This document shows, piece after piece, positions 8,632 through 17,821 of a stretch of DNA of 64,000 bases. Below the pieces are notes generated by a model. That model did no database searches. It was given only the letters and a program-made list of their open reading frames with translations, and had not been told where the DNA came from. The stretch spans positions 468,156-532,155 of the forward strand of contig JAVKHY010000001.1 in the NCBI GenBank assembly GCA_031459765.1, in the 5' to 3' direction. Made by a program: the position numbers and the translations under genes. Every line of letters starts with the position of its first letter. The stretch's first letter is position 1. Source of the DNA: Candidatus Kaftiobacterium secundum (GTDB lineage: Bacteria; Sysuimicrobiota; Sysuimicrobiia; Sysuimicrobiales; Kaftiobacteriaceae).

Positions 8632-9453
8632 ATGGAGACCCACCTGCACCCTCCGGCACCGCGGACCGACGATCTGCTGGGTCAGGCGGAAATCACCGCT
8701 TCGGTGCAGCAGGCCTACCGGGCCGTGATCGGGACCCGGACCGAGGTCGCCGCCCGCCTCTATGACCCGGCCCAACTCGCCCAACTACCCCGGGGCGCCA
8801 TCGAGCAGGCGTTGGGGGTGGGGAATCCGGTACGCGCCGCCGGGTTGCGCCCGGGCGAGGTGGTGATCGATCTCGGCTCCGGCGGGGGCATCGACACCAT
8901 CCTGGCCGCCCGGGCCGTCGCTCCCGGCGGGGAGGCGATTGGTCTGGACATCCTCCCGGAGATGCTGGAGATTGCGGCCCGCAACGCCGCGGAAGCCGGC
9001 GTCACCAACGTGCGGTGGCTGCAGGGCCAGATGGAGGCCATCCCGCTGCCCGACGAGAGCGTGGACGTCATCATCAGCAACGGTGTCGTCAACCTCTCGC
9101 CGCGCAAGTCGCGCGTGTTCGCCGAGATGTTTCGGATCCTGCGGCCGGGCGGGCGCTTCTCCGTGGCGGACATCGTCCTGGACGAGGATCTCCCGCCGCA
9201 GATTGCCACGCATCCAGCGGCCTGGGCGGGCTGAATTTCGGGGGCCCTGGCGGAGCGTGTCTTCGTCAGCAAACTGGTCAAGATCGGGTTCGTCGAGGTG
9301 GCGCGGGGTGAGGAGTTGCCCTTCGGCGTGGAGGAGTGCAGCCAGTACCCATTGTTCACGCCGGAGCTGATCGCGCTGATGCGGCGGCTCATCCCGCCGG
9401 AGAAGCAGGCCGCGGTGGCGCGGTCGGTGATCTTCACGGCGCGGAAGCCGTAG
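8632..9453 (+). CDS. ArsM/UbiE-like SAM-dependent methyltransferase with an in-frame TGA (9232..9234) at the conserved WAG-C-ISGAL cysteine position; selenoprotein candidate or interrupted gene
   Basis: SAM motif VIDLGSGGGID; ...DIVLDEDLPPQIATHPAAWAG-TGA-ISGALAERVFVSKLVKIGF... stays in frame with homology continuing to the stop at 9453. Confidence 0.6.
9247..9269 (+). other. SECIS-like hairpin 13 nt downstream of the in-frame UGA
   Basis: CUGGCGGAG-CGUGU-CUUCGUCAG: 9-bp stem (two G.U pairs) with a GU-containing apical loop; loop G lies about 23 nt after the UGA. Confidence 0.35.
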
Positions 9454-9464
9454 GAGGGCTGGTC

Positions 9465-10049
9465 ATGACCTGGGTGCGGACACTGGACACGGATGAGGTG
9501 ACCGGCCGGCTGCGGCAGGTGTACGAGGCCGAGGAGGCCCGGCTCGGGTTCGTGATGGAGGCCACCAAAGCATTGTCAGCCAGGCCGGCTCTGGCCGAGG
9601 CCTTCGACGCCTTCACCGCCGCCGTGAAGGAGGCCTCGGCGCTGACGCCCCAGGAGCGGCGGCTGATCAGCCTGCTCGTGGCCCACCGGTTGAAGTCCAC
9701 GTACTGCGTGCTGGTGTATGCCACGGACGTCGAGCGCGACCTCGGCGGGCTGGACCGCCTGCGGGCGGTCCTGGAGGACTACCGCCGCGCCGGCCTCAGC
9801 GTGCGCGACGTCGCCATCCTGGATTACGCGATCGCCGCGGCGGCGGGCCATCCCACCGAGGAGCACGTCGCCCGTCTGCGCGAACTGGGTCTCGACGACG
9901 GGGCCATCATCGATGTCGCGGTGTGGGCCAACCTCCGCGCCTTCCGCAGCCGGATCTACGAGGCGCTGGGGACGCAAACCGACCCGTTCTTCCTGGAGCA
10001 GCAGGATCTCGTCGAAGCGGTGACGCTGCCGGAGCGGCAGCGCATCTGA
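9465..10049 (+). CDS. carboxymuconolactone decarboxylase (AhpD-like) family protein
   Basis: 194 aa; AhpD/CMD-like helical pattern; GGAGGG RBS 6 nt upstream of the ATG; track ORF trimmed to MTWVRT. Confidence 0.7.
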   Translation: MTWVRTLDTDEVTGRLRQVYEAEEARLGFVMEATKALSARPALAEAFDAFTAAVKEASALTPQERRLISLLVAHRLKSTYCVLVYATDVERDLGGLDRLRAVLEDYRRAGLSVRDVAILDYAIAAAAGHPTEEHVARLRELGLDDGAIIDVAVWANLRAFRSRIYEALGTQTDPFFLEQQDLVEAVTLPERQRI

Positions 10050-10137
10050 AGCGGTCTCTTCACAGTCGTCACCCCCGGGGACAGGCATGCCTGACGCTGC
10101 GGGAGAGGCCGTACATCACGCAAGGAGGGAGACCGAG

Positions 10138-10704
10138 ATGAAGTCCACGACTCCCGCGTCACTGAACGGCGTGAACGTGCAGCAACTGGTCGACACCATC
10201 AACGCCGTCAAGTCCAACCCCGATATCGCCCGCTTCCGCTTCCGGGCGGAAACGGACTGGATCGAGGGCGGGCACTCGCGCACGAAGATCCAGGGGTTCT
10301 TTGGGGCCGGGCAGGAGGACACGTCCCGCGCCCGCCCGTTCGTCCTCGACGGCGACGAGCCGCCGGTGCTCCTCGGCACGAACGCCGGTCCCAACGCCGT
10401 GGAGGCGGTGCTCCACGCGCTGGCGTCGTGCCTGGCCGTCGGCTTCGTCTACAATGCGGCGGCCCGCGGGATCAAGGTCGAGAGCCTCGGCTTCCGGCTG
10501 GAGGGCGACCTCGACCTGCACGGGTTCCTGGGGCTGTCCGAGACGGTGCGCCCCGGCTATCAGAACATCAAAGTGACGTACCGGGTGAAGGCGGATGCGC
10601 CCCGCGAGCAGATTGTCGAACTGTGCAACTACGTGCAGAAGACATCGCCGGTGCTGGACATCATCCGCAACCCGGTTCCCGTCACCGTCGCCCTCGAGTC
10701 GTGA
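10138..10704 (+). CDS. OsmC/Ohr family peroxiredoxin-like protein
   Basis: OsmC-family pattern incl. conserved Cys regions (ALASCLAVGF, IVELCNYV); AGGAGGG RBS. Confidence 0.85.
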   Translation: MKSTTPASLNGVNVQQLVDTINAVKSNPDIARFRFRAETDWIEGGHSRTKIQGFFGAGQEDTSRARPFVLDGDEPPVLLGTNAGPNAVEAVLHALASCLAVGFVYNAAARGIKVESLGFRLEGDLDLHGFLGLSETVRPGYQNIKVTYRVKADAPREQIVELCNYVQKTSPVLDIIRNPVPVTVALES

Positions 10705-10823
10705 GGCGGGCGGGCCTGACGTGAGAGGGTGCAGCGATATTCCGCGGGGGACGGCGGGAACGACCGTCGTCCCCCGTGCGAGTTCTTCCGGCAGGGAGAA
10801 ACCGCTCAGGAGGGGAGGAAAGG

Positions 10824-11228
10824 ATGGATCCGAAGTCGCAGGCGCAGGTCGGCCCGGCAGGGAGTCGGAAGATGGCGAGCATCGAGGGGAAGAATTTCGA
10901 CACACCGGATGAGACGCGCCGCCCCTTTGCCAAGGGGCGGGTCGAGGTCATACGCGTCGGAGGGCTGACCTTCTACCGCGAAACCCTGGAGCCGGGCTGG
11001 CGCTGGTCGGAGCACGTCAGGCCCGTCGTGGGCGGAACGAGCTGCCAGCGCTACCACGTCAAGATCTTCCTGAGGGGACGCCAGCGGATCCGCATGGACG
11101 ACGGGACCGAGATGGAGTTCGGGCCGGGGGATGTCGCCGTCATGCATCCCGGCCACGATGCCTGGGTCGTCGGCGACGAGCCCAACGTGCTGATCGAACT
11201 GGCGGACGCGGTGAAATCGGCTCCGTAG
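10824..11228 (+). CDS. cupin domain protein
   Basis: cupin-2 motifs (GWRWSEHV..., MHPGHDAWVVGDEP); RBS AGGAAAGG. Confidence 0.7.
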   Translation: MDPKSQAQVGPAGSRKMASIEGKNFDTPDETRRPFAKGRVEVIRVGGLTFYRETLEPGWRWSEHVRPVVGGTSCQRYHVKIFLRGRQRIRMDDGTEMEFGPGDVAVMHPGHDAWVVGDEPNVLIELADAVKSAP

Positions 11229-11258
11229 ACACCTGCGGGTGTCCGGCGGCGCCGCGCT

Positions 11259-12137
11259 TCAGATCCGCATCCGCGGGTCGAGCAGGTCGCGCAGGCCGTC
11301 GCCCAGGAGGTTGAAGCCCATCACGGTCAGGAAGATGGCCAGCCCCGGGTAGATCGACAGCCACGGCGCCTCGGTCAGGTAGTCCCGCCCGACCGTCAGC
11401 ATCGATCCCCAGGACGGCGTGGGGGGTTGCGCGCCCAGGCCGAGGAAGGAAAGGCTGGCCTCGGCCAGGATCGCGCCGCCGATGCCCAGGGTGACCAGGA
11501 TGATGGCCGGGGCGACGATGTTCGGCAGCAGGTGCCGCACGATGATGCGCCGGTTGCTGGCGCCCAGAGCCCGGGCCGCCTCGACGAACTCCTGTTCTTT
11601 CACCGCCAGCACCGCGCCCCGCACGACGCGGGCCAGGGAGGTCCAGCTCACCAGGCCCAGGGCGATGAAGACGTTGTAGAGGCTGGGGCCGATCACGGCC
11701 ATGACGGCGATGGCGAAGAGGAGCCCGGGGAAGGCGAAGATGATCTCCGCCAGGCGCATGATCAAATTATCTACCCAGCGCCCGTAGAATCCTGACAGCA
11801 GGCCGAGAGCCACTCCGATCGTCAGCGCGGAGGCCTGGACGGCGATCCCCACGCCGAGCGAAATGCGCGCCCCGTGGAGGATCCGACTGAGGACGTCGCG
11901 GCCGAAGGTATCGGTCCCGAACAGGTACCGGCCGCCGGGCGGCCGGAGGTAGTCGTTCAGGTCCCCGCGCACCGGGTTGTGGGGCGCAATCCAGGGCGCC
12001 AGGACCGCCACAAGGATGAAGACGGTCACGATCGTCCCGCCGACGGTCAGGTTGCGCAGACGGCGGGCGCGTCGCCACAGCGACCGCCGGGGGGCGCGGC
12101 GGAGGGCGGCGGGGGGCGTGGCGGCCACGACGTTCAT
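11259..12137 (-). CDS. peptide/nickel ABC transporter permease (DppC/OppC-like)
   Basis: DppC-type N-terminus and EAA-like loop; operon with 12154..13101 and 13156..14751. Confidence 0.85.
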   Translation of the reverse strand: MNVVAATPPAALRRAPRRSLWRRARRLRNLTVGGTIVTVFILVAVLAPWIAPHNPVRGDLNDYLRPPGGRYLFGTDTFGRDVLSRILHGARISLGVGIAVQASALTIGVALGLLSGFYGRWVDNLIMRLAEIIFAFPGLLFAIAVMAVIGPSLYNVFIALGLVSWTSLARVVRGAVLAVKEQEFVEAARALGASNRRIIVRHLLPNIVAPAIILVTLGIGGAILAEASLSFLGLGAQPPTPSWGSMLTVGRDYLTEAPWLSIYPGLAIFLTVMGFNLLGDGLRDLLDPRMRI

Positions 12138-12153
12138 CGCCTGACCGTCCTGC

Positions 12154-13101
12154 TCATTCGTAGCGGATCCTGGGGTCGAGCCAAGCGTAGGAGAGATCGA
12201 CGACGAGGTTCAGGATGATGAAGACCGAGGCGATGAAGAGTACGCAGCCCTGGACTACGGGCAGGTCGCGCGCGCCGATGGAATCCAGCAGCAGACGGCC
12301 CACCCCCGGCCAGGAGAAGACGCGCTCGGTGATGACCGCCCCCGACAGCAGCCCGCTGATCTGCACCCCGATGATCGTCACGATGGGGATCGCCGCATTC
12401 CGCAGGGCGTGCGCCACGATCACCCGGCGCTCGGCCAGGCCCTTGGCCCGCGCCGTGCGCACGTAGTCCTGCCGGATCACCTCCAGCATCGAGGAGCGCG
12501 TGAGGCGGGCGATCACCGCGGCCAGCCCCGTCCCCAGGGTGAGGGCCGGCATGATCAGGTACGGGTACGGCGGGCCGTAGCCCGACGGCGGAAGCCAGCG
12601 CAGCTCGACGGCGACGACGTAGATCAGGAGCAGCCCCAGCCAGAAGTTGGGGATGGAGACCCCGAAGGTGGCCAGTGAGATCGCCGCCGCGTCCAGCGCC
12701 GTATTCTGCCGCAGCGCCGCGAGCACGCCCAGGGGGATGCCGATGGCGACGGCGACGGCCAGCGCGGCCGCGGCGAGCCGGGCGGTGGCGGGAAAGCGCT
12801 CGAGGACGGTGCTCAGGACGGGCTGTTCGCTGCGGAAGGACAGCCCCAGGTCGCCCCGCAGGGCGTTGCGGAGGAACTTCAGGTACTGCACGGCGAGCGG
12901 ATCGTTGAGGCCCCACTTCTCCCGGAACAGCCGCGCGGCGGTGGGATCGGTGCTGGCCATCTTCTCCTCGACCATCACCGTGACGGGATCGCCCGGGACG
13001 ACGTACATCAGGACGAACGTGACCAGAGTGACACCGACGAAGACGGGGAGGGCGAGGAGGAGACGACGGGCGATGAACGCGGGGAGGCCTGTCCTCATCA
13101 A
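12154..13101 (-). CDS. peptide/nickel ABC transporter permease (DppB/OppB-like)
   Basis: MMRTGLPAFIARRLLLALPVF... typical DppB N-terminus; 6-TM permease. Confidence 0.85.
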   Translation of the reverse strand: MMRTGLPAFIARRLLLALPVFVGVTLVTFVLMYVVPGDPVTVMVEEKMASTDPTAARLFREKWGLNDPLAVQYLKFLRNALRGDLGLSFRSEQPVLSTVLERFPATARLAAAALAVAVAIGIPLGVLAALRQNTALDAAAISLATFGVSIPNFWLGLLLIYVVAVELRWLPPSGYGPPYPYLIMPALTLGTGLAAVIARLTRSSMLEVIRQDYVRTARAKGLAERRVIVAHALRNAAIPIVTIIGVQISGLLSGAVITERVFSWPGVGRLLLDSIGARDLPVVQGCVLFIASVFIILNLVVDLSYAWLDPRIRYE

Positions 13102-13155
13102 CTAAAGACATGCCCGGCGGGGAAGACCTCCCCGCCGGGCGGCCGCGGAGGGCAT

Positions 13156-14751
13156 CTAGCGTCCTCCGATCCAGACCCGGGTCATGTCCTGGACGTCCAT
13201 CTCCATCGGATTCCCCACCAGGCCGTGCACGTTGGGCTGGTGCACCAGGACCGCCTTGTTGTAGTTGAAGAAGAACCACGGCGCGTCCTGCACGATCAGC
13301 TCCTCCGCCTGCTGGCAGAGCCGGATCTGCAGGGGAGATCCCGCCGCCGCGCGCTCCGCCTGGTCCAGCAGCTGGTCCACGCGGTCGTTCTTGTAGAACA
13401 TGCGGTTTCCGGCCGGGCCGAAGTTGCGCGAGCGGAAGGGCCCCAGATAGCCGACACAGTTGGGCGTCCCGCCGTGGGAGAGAACGTAGGTCGGAATCTC
13501 TCCCTTCCCGGCGCGGTCCAGCACGACGCCGAAGTCCTGCTGCTGGATGCGCGTCCGCACCCCCACGTCGTTCCAGTAGCGCTGGATGCCTTCCATCCAG
13601 CGGCCGACGGTGGGACTGGTCGAGCCGTTCAACTCCAGATCGAACCCATTGGGGAAGCCGGCCTGAGCCAGCAGCTCGCGCGCCCGCTGAGGATTGTACT
13701 CGTAGCCCCGGAGGTTCCGGTTGTAGGCGGGGTGACTGGGCGGGAAGACGCCGGTGGGGGGGAAGGCCTTGTTCCCCAGGACGGTGCGCACGAGCGCCGC
13801 TTTGTCCACGGCGTAGTTCAGGGCCTGGCGGACCCGCACATCGTTGAGCGGGGGTCGGGTCACGTTGAAACCCACGTGCCGGGTGAACAGCTCCGCCACT
13901 TCGATGACGTAGGGCTGCCACCGGGGGTCCTCGGCGTAGCGGCGGTAGTTCACATCGCTCAGCAGCATGAACTCCAGCCGTCCGGTGTCGAATTCCGCCT
14001 GGGCGGTGGCCGGATCGGGGATGATGCGGAACTCGAGCGCACTGATGTAGGGTCTCCCGCCCCAGTAGTCGTTGTTCGCCCGCAGCAGGATGCTGGTGTC
14101 CTTCTGCCAGGAGACGAAGAGGAAGGGCCCCGAGCCCACCGGCCGCTGGCCGAAATCCCGGCCCAGGCGTTCCGCCTCCTCCCGGGGGACGATGTACAGG
14201 CCGAAGGCGCCGGCGAAGTTCCAGATGAAGTTGGGGTCGGGTTGCGTGATCGTGATGGCCAGACGGTAGCGGTCCAGCACCCGGATGCCGCTCACCTCGC
14301 GGGCCTGGCGGGCGATGAACTCCTGGGCGCCGACGATGCGGTCGTATCCCCGCACCTGGGGCGACGCCGTCTCCGGGGCCAGGATGCGCTCGATGCTGTA
14401 CTTCACGTCGTCGGCCGTCATCTCGCGCCCGTGGTGGAATCGGATGCCCCGGCGCAGGGTGAAGGTGAAGGTCCGCCCGTCGACACTGACCGACCACGAC
14501 TCCGCGGCCCGCGGGGTGAAGCGCAGCGTCCGCGGGTCGACGTCCAGCAGCGTGTCGAAGATGTTCATCCGGACCGCGTCCTGACGGACGAGGCGCGTCC
14601 CGGCGGGATCGAGGGTGGCGGGATCGCTGCTCAGCGCCCGGCGGAAGTGGCCGCCCCGCACCGGCGTCTGAGCCATCGTCGGGGGGACCGCCGCCGTCAA
14701 CAGGAGAACGATGACCGCCCAGGCGCCCGGGCGCCGCAGATCGAGTTTCAT
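13156..14751 (-). CDS. ABC transporter substrate-binding protein, family 5 (peptide/nickel)
   Basis: signal peptide then SBP_bac_5 pattern; 531 aa. Confidence 0.85.
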   Translation of the reverse strand: MKLDLRRPGAWAVIVLLLTAAVPPTMAQTPVRGGHFRRALSSDPATLDPAGTRLVRQDAVRMNIFDTLLDVDPRTLRFTPRAAESWSVSVDGRTFTFTLRRGIRFHHGREMTADDVKYSIERILAPETASPQVRGYDRIVGAQEFIARQAREVSGIRVLDRYRLAITITQPDPNFIWNFAGAFGLYIVPREEAERLGRDFGQRPVGSGPFLFVSWQKDTSILLRANNDYWGGRPYISALEFRIIPDPATAQAEFDTGRLEFMLLSDVNYRRYAEDPRWQPYVIEVAELFTRHVGFNVTRPPLNDVRVRQALNYAVDKAALVRTVLGNKAFPPTGVFPPSHPAYNRNLRGYEYNPQRARELLAQAGFPNGFDLELNGSTSPTVGRWMEGIQRYWNDVGVRTRIQQQDFGVVLDRAGKGEIPTYVLSHGGTPNCVGYLGPFRSRNFGPAGNRMFYKNDRVDQLLDQAERAAAGSPLQIRLCQQAEELIVQDAPWFFFNYNKAVLVHQPNVHGLVGNPMEMDVQDMTRVWIGGR

Positions 14752-14868
14752 CGTGCCCTCCCGTCTACATGTCGCCGTGTTCTTCGCCGCGTCACCAACC
14801 CGCCCTGCCAGGAAAGGTCTGCCCGGGGAAGGCGGGGCCGGGCCGGTTGCGAATCGTTACACGCGGAG

Positions 14869-16068
14869 ATGTCCTCACCCTCCCTGGTCATCGCCGCCGA
14901 GCGGGTGATCGCCGAACAGGGCGATCTGGCCCCCGGCGTCGTGGAAGTCCATCGGGGGCGGATCGTCGCCGTCCGCGGCGGTCGGCCTCCCCGCAAAGCG
15001 CGCCTGGAGCGCGGTTTCCTCGCCCCGGGCCTCGTCGACCTGCAGATCAACGGCTGCGCGGGCGTCGATTTCGTCACCCTGGAGGACCCCGGCCGGCTCC
15101 GGCCCGTGCGCCGCCTCCTGCTCGCCTGCGGAGTCACCGCCTTCCTGCCCACCCTGATCACCACACCCCTGCCGGTATTGCGGCGGGCGCTGGCGTTCTG
15201 GCGGGAGGTCGCCCGCTCCGGCGGTGCGCCCCGCGTGATCGGGGTCCACCTCGAAGGTCCCTACCTCAATCCCGATTTCGCCGGCGCCCATCCCAAGGAG
15301 CATCTGCGGACGCCGGATCCCGCGGAGTTCGCCGCGTTGCTCGACGCCGCCCCCGGGCTGGTCCGGCTCTTCACCCTGGCGCCCGAACTGCCGGGTGCGG
15401 AGGAGGTGATCAGGGCGGCGCGGGCCCGCCGCATCGTGCTCAGCGCGGGGCACACCGGCGCAACCTTCGAGCAGGCCCTCCGCGCCTTTCGGGCGGGGGT
15501 GCGGATGGTCACCCACCTGTTCAACGCCATGCGCCCGCTCCACCATCGGGAACCGGGCATCGTGGGAGCGGCGCTGGCCGCCGACGGTGTGACCGCGGGC
15601 CTCATCGCCGACCTGGTCCACGTCCATCCGGCGGTGGTGCGGGCGGCCATTGCCGCCAAGGGCTGGTCGCGCATCGCCCTGGTCACCGACGCCGTGGCCG
15701 CCGCGGGGCAGGAGGCGGCGGCCGGCCGGCCGGTGGGGACTTCCTCTCTGGCGGGGCAGACGGTCACCGTCTCGGATGCCCCGCGGCTGCCCTCGGGAAC
15801 CCTGGCCGGCAGCCTGCTCACCCTCGACCGGGCCATCCGCAACGTGGTGACCCTGGGGGTGCCGGTGCGCGAGGCCGTTCTGATGGCCTCCACCGTTCCG
15901 GCCTCGCTGCTGGGGCGGCGCGACCTGGGCCGGATCGCAGTGGGCGCCCGCGCCGATCTGGTGCTCTTCGACCGGAGGCTCGGGGTGCGCTCCGTCTATG
16001 TGGCCGGAGAGCGGGTGTTCCACCGGGCGCGGGAGCGGACAGGAATCCCCTCTGCGGCGACGGAATAG
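14869..16068 (+). CDS. nagA: N-acetylglucosamine-6-phosphate deacetylase
   Basis: QINGCAGVDF, HLEGPYLNP and SAGHTGAT motifs typical of NagA; embedded in the artefactual long ORF 13225..16068. Confidence 0.85.
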   Translation: MSSPSLVIAAERVIAEQGDLAPGVVEVHRGRIVAVRGGRPPRKARLERGFLAPGLVDLQINGCAGVDFVTLEDPGRLRPVRRLLLACGVTAFLPTLITTPLPVLRRALAFWREVARSGGAPRVIGVHLEGPYLNPDFAGAHPKEHLRTPDPAEFAALLDAAPGLVRLFTLAPELPGAEEVIRAARARRIVLSAGHTGATFEQALRAFRAGVRMVTHLFNAMRPLHHREPGIVGAALAADGVTAGLIADLVHVHPAVVRAAIAAKGWSRIALVTDAVAAAGQEAAAGRPVGTSSLAGQTVTVSDAPRLPSGTLAGSLLTLDRAIRNVVTLGVPVREAVLMASTVPASLLGRRDLGRIAVGARADLVLFDRRLGVRSVYVAGERVFHRARERTGIPSAATE

Positions 16069-16106
16069 CGCAACGGAGCCGGGAGAGAGACTCCGGAGGT
16101 GTACAG

Positions 16107-17663
16107 GTGAAGAGATTCCGCATCTGCGCTCTCGGGTTAGCGGTGCTGCTCTTTGCGCTGACCGGCGCGCAGGGGCAGACCCCCGCCCCCCAGCGGGGCG
16201 GGACGATCCGGGTGGGGATCACCCAGGAGATCCTGAACCTCGACCCGCACGTCGCCACCGCCTTCTCGTCGTTCCAGGTCCTGGACCTGGTCTATGAGAG
16301 CCTGCTGCGGTTGAACCCGCGGACGCTGAAGCTGGAGCCGGGCCTGGCGCAGTCCTGGACGGTGTCCCCCAACGGGCTGGAGTACACTTTTACCCTGCGC
16401 CGCGATGTCACATTTCACGACGGCAGCGCGCTGGACGCCAGTGACGTGAAGGCCACCATCGACCGCATCCTGGACCCGGCGACGCGCTCGCCCCAGGCCA
16501 GTTTCCTCGCTCCCATCGGCGAGGTGACCATCGTCAACCCCTTCGTGGTGAAGGTGACGCTCAAGCAGGCCGCGCCCTTCTTCCTCTCGCTGCTGACGGT
16601 GCCCGGCCGCGGGATCGTCCCCGCCAACTTCGTCGACAAGGTGGGCGATCCGCGGGTCAAGACACTGGGCACCGGCCCGTACATGCTGACCGAGTTCGGT
16701 CCGGGCTCCGTGCGCCTCACCCGCTACGAGCGGTACTGGCGGAAGGACGCGGCGGGAAACCGCCTGCCCTACGCCGATGCCGTCATCTATCGGGTGATCC
16801 CCGATCCGGCCACGCTGCGCGCCGCGGTCCGCGCCGGCGAGGTAGACCTGATCATCGGCTTCGGGGTGGACATCACGGCCGCCCGGGCCCTGGCCGGGGT
16901 GAGCGACCTCCGGATTATGTCGGTGCCGGACCTGTCCTACAGTCTCGTGGGGATCAACGCCGGGAAGGCCCCCTTCAGCGATGTGCGGGTCCGCCAGGCG
17001 ATGAGCCTGGCCACCAACCGCGAGCAGATCGTCCAGGTCGTCTACGGCGGGCGGGGCACGGTGGGCGGCCCCATTCCCCCCACCCTGGAGGAGTGGCGGC
17101 CGGTGCCGGCCCGCAACCTGCCCCTGTACCAGCCCGATCCGGCCCGCGCCCGGCAGCTGCTCCAGCAGGCCGGGGTCAATTTGCCCGTCGCCGTCAAGAT
17201 GATGCCGATCCCCACGGTCCCCGAGGCCGTGCAGATGGCCCAGGTGCTCAAGGAGCAGTGGGCGGCGGCCGGCTTCACCGTGGAGATCGAGCAGGTGGAC
17301 TTCGCCACCTTCCTGGCGCGCTGGCGCGGCAGCCAGTTCGACACCTTCGTCTCCCTCAACGGCGGCGCCGTGGACCCGGACATCCACCTCTACCGGCACA
17401 TCCACTCCACCGGCAGCACCAACGTCTTCAAGTTCAAGGACGCCGCCATCGACCAGCTCCTGGACCAGGCCCGGGCCACGGCCGATCCGGCGCGGCGGGC
17501 GGAGCTGTACACGAGGCTGCAGCGGGCCATCGCCGAGCAGATCCCCTTCCTGTTCGTGGCCTACGCCGACCTGTTCGCCGTGGCGCGGACGCAGCTCAAC
17601 GGGTTCGTGCTGTCGTCGACCAGGTCGATGACGCCGCTGGCGGAGTCGTGGCTGAGCAGGTGA
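16107..17663 (+). CDS. ABC transporter substrate-binding protein, family 5 (peptide-type)
   Basis: GTG start after GGAGGTG RBS; lipoprotein-like signal; SBP_bac_5 pattern. Confidence 0.85.
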   Translation: MKRFRICALGLAVLLFALTGAQGQTPAPQRGGTIRVGITQEILNLDPHVATAFSSFQVLDLVYESLLRLNPRTLKLEPGLAQSWTVSPNGLEYTFTLRRDVTFHDGSALDASDVKATIDRILDPATRSPQASFLAPIGEVTIVNPFVVKVTLKQAAPFFLSLLTVPGRGIVPANFVDKVGDPRVKTLGTGPYMLTEFGPGSVRLTRYERYWRKDAAGNRLPYADAVIYRVIPDPATLRAAVRAGEVDLIIGFGVDITAARALAGVSDLRIMSVPDLSYSLVGINAGKAPFSDVRVRQAMSLATNREQIVQVVYGGRGTVGGPIPPTLEEWRPVPARNLPLYQPDPARARQLLQQAGVNLPVAVKMMPIPTVPEAVQMAQVLKEQWAAAGFTVEIEQVDFATFLARWRGSQFDTFVSLNGGAVDPDIHLYRHIHSTGSTNVFKFKDAAIDQLLDQARATADPARRAELYTRLQRAIAEQIPFLFVAYADLFAVARTQLNGFVLSSTRSMTPLAESWLSR

Positions 17664-17821
17664 CGCCCGGAGCCACAGGGCCGTCAGTCCAGGTCTTTCA
17701 ACCCGCGTAGCCGGGAGCGGCTTCTCGCCAGGGGCGAAAAGCGTACCGGGCGCGTCCGACGCAATCCCCTCCCGCCGGAGGAGGGGATGGCGTCGTTTCA
17801 GGTGCAAAGGAGCACAGCGGG

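Noticed and set aside
9232-9234. Treating the TGA at 9232 as an ordinary stop, giving a 200-aa methyltransferase, with 9235..9453 non-coding.
   Set aside because: Not fully rejected. It is disfavoured because the downstream sequence stays in frame with continued ArsM-family homology, and the TGA replaces a strictly conserved Cys. It is kept as the alternative (pseudogene) explanation in the finding.
11229-11258. Short inverted repeat GACACC-TGCGG-GTGTC between the cupin gene and the convergent DppC-like gene as a terminator.
   Set aside because: The stem is only 5 bp with no U-tract, too weak to call.
13225-16068. Very long ORFs on the strand opposite to, or overlapping, real genes (e.g. 13225..16068 +, 12134..14497 -, 16137..17807 -, 23784..26042 -, 52288..54606 -, 56607..58220 -, 60603..62723 -).
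   Set aside because: Low-complexity, Arg/Pro/Gly-rich translations typical of stop-poor frames in about 70% GC DNA. The opposite or overlapping frames carry clear family motifs (SBP, NagA, protease, LuxR, DUF4032), so these are artefacts.
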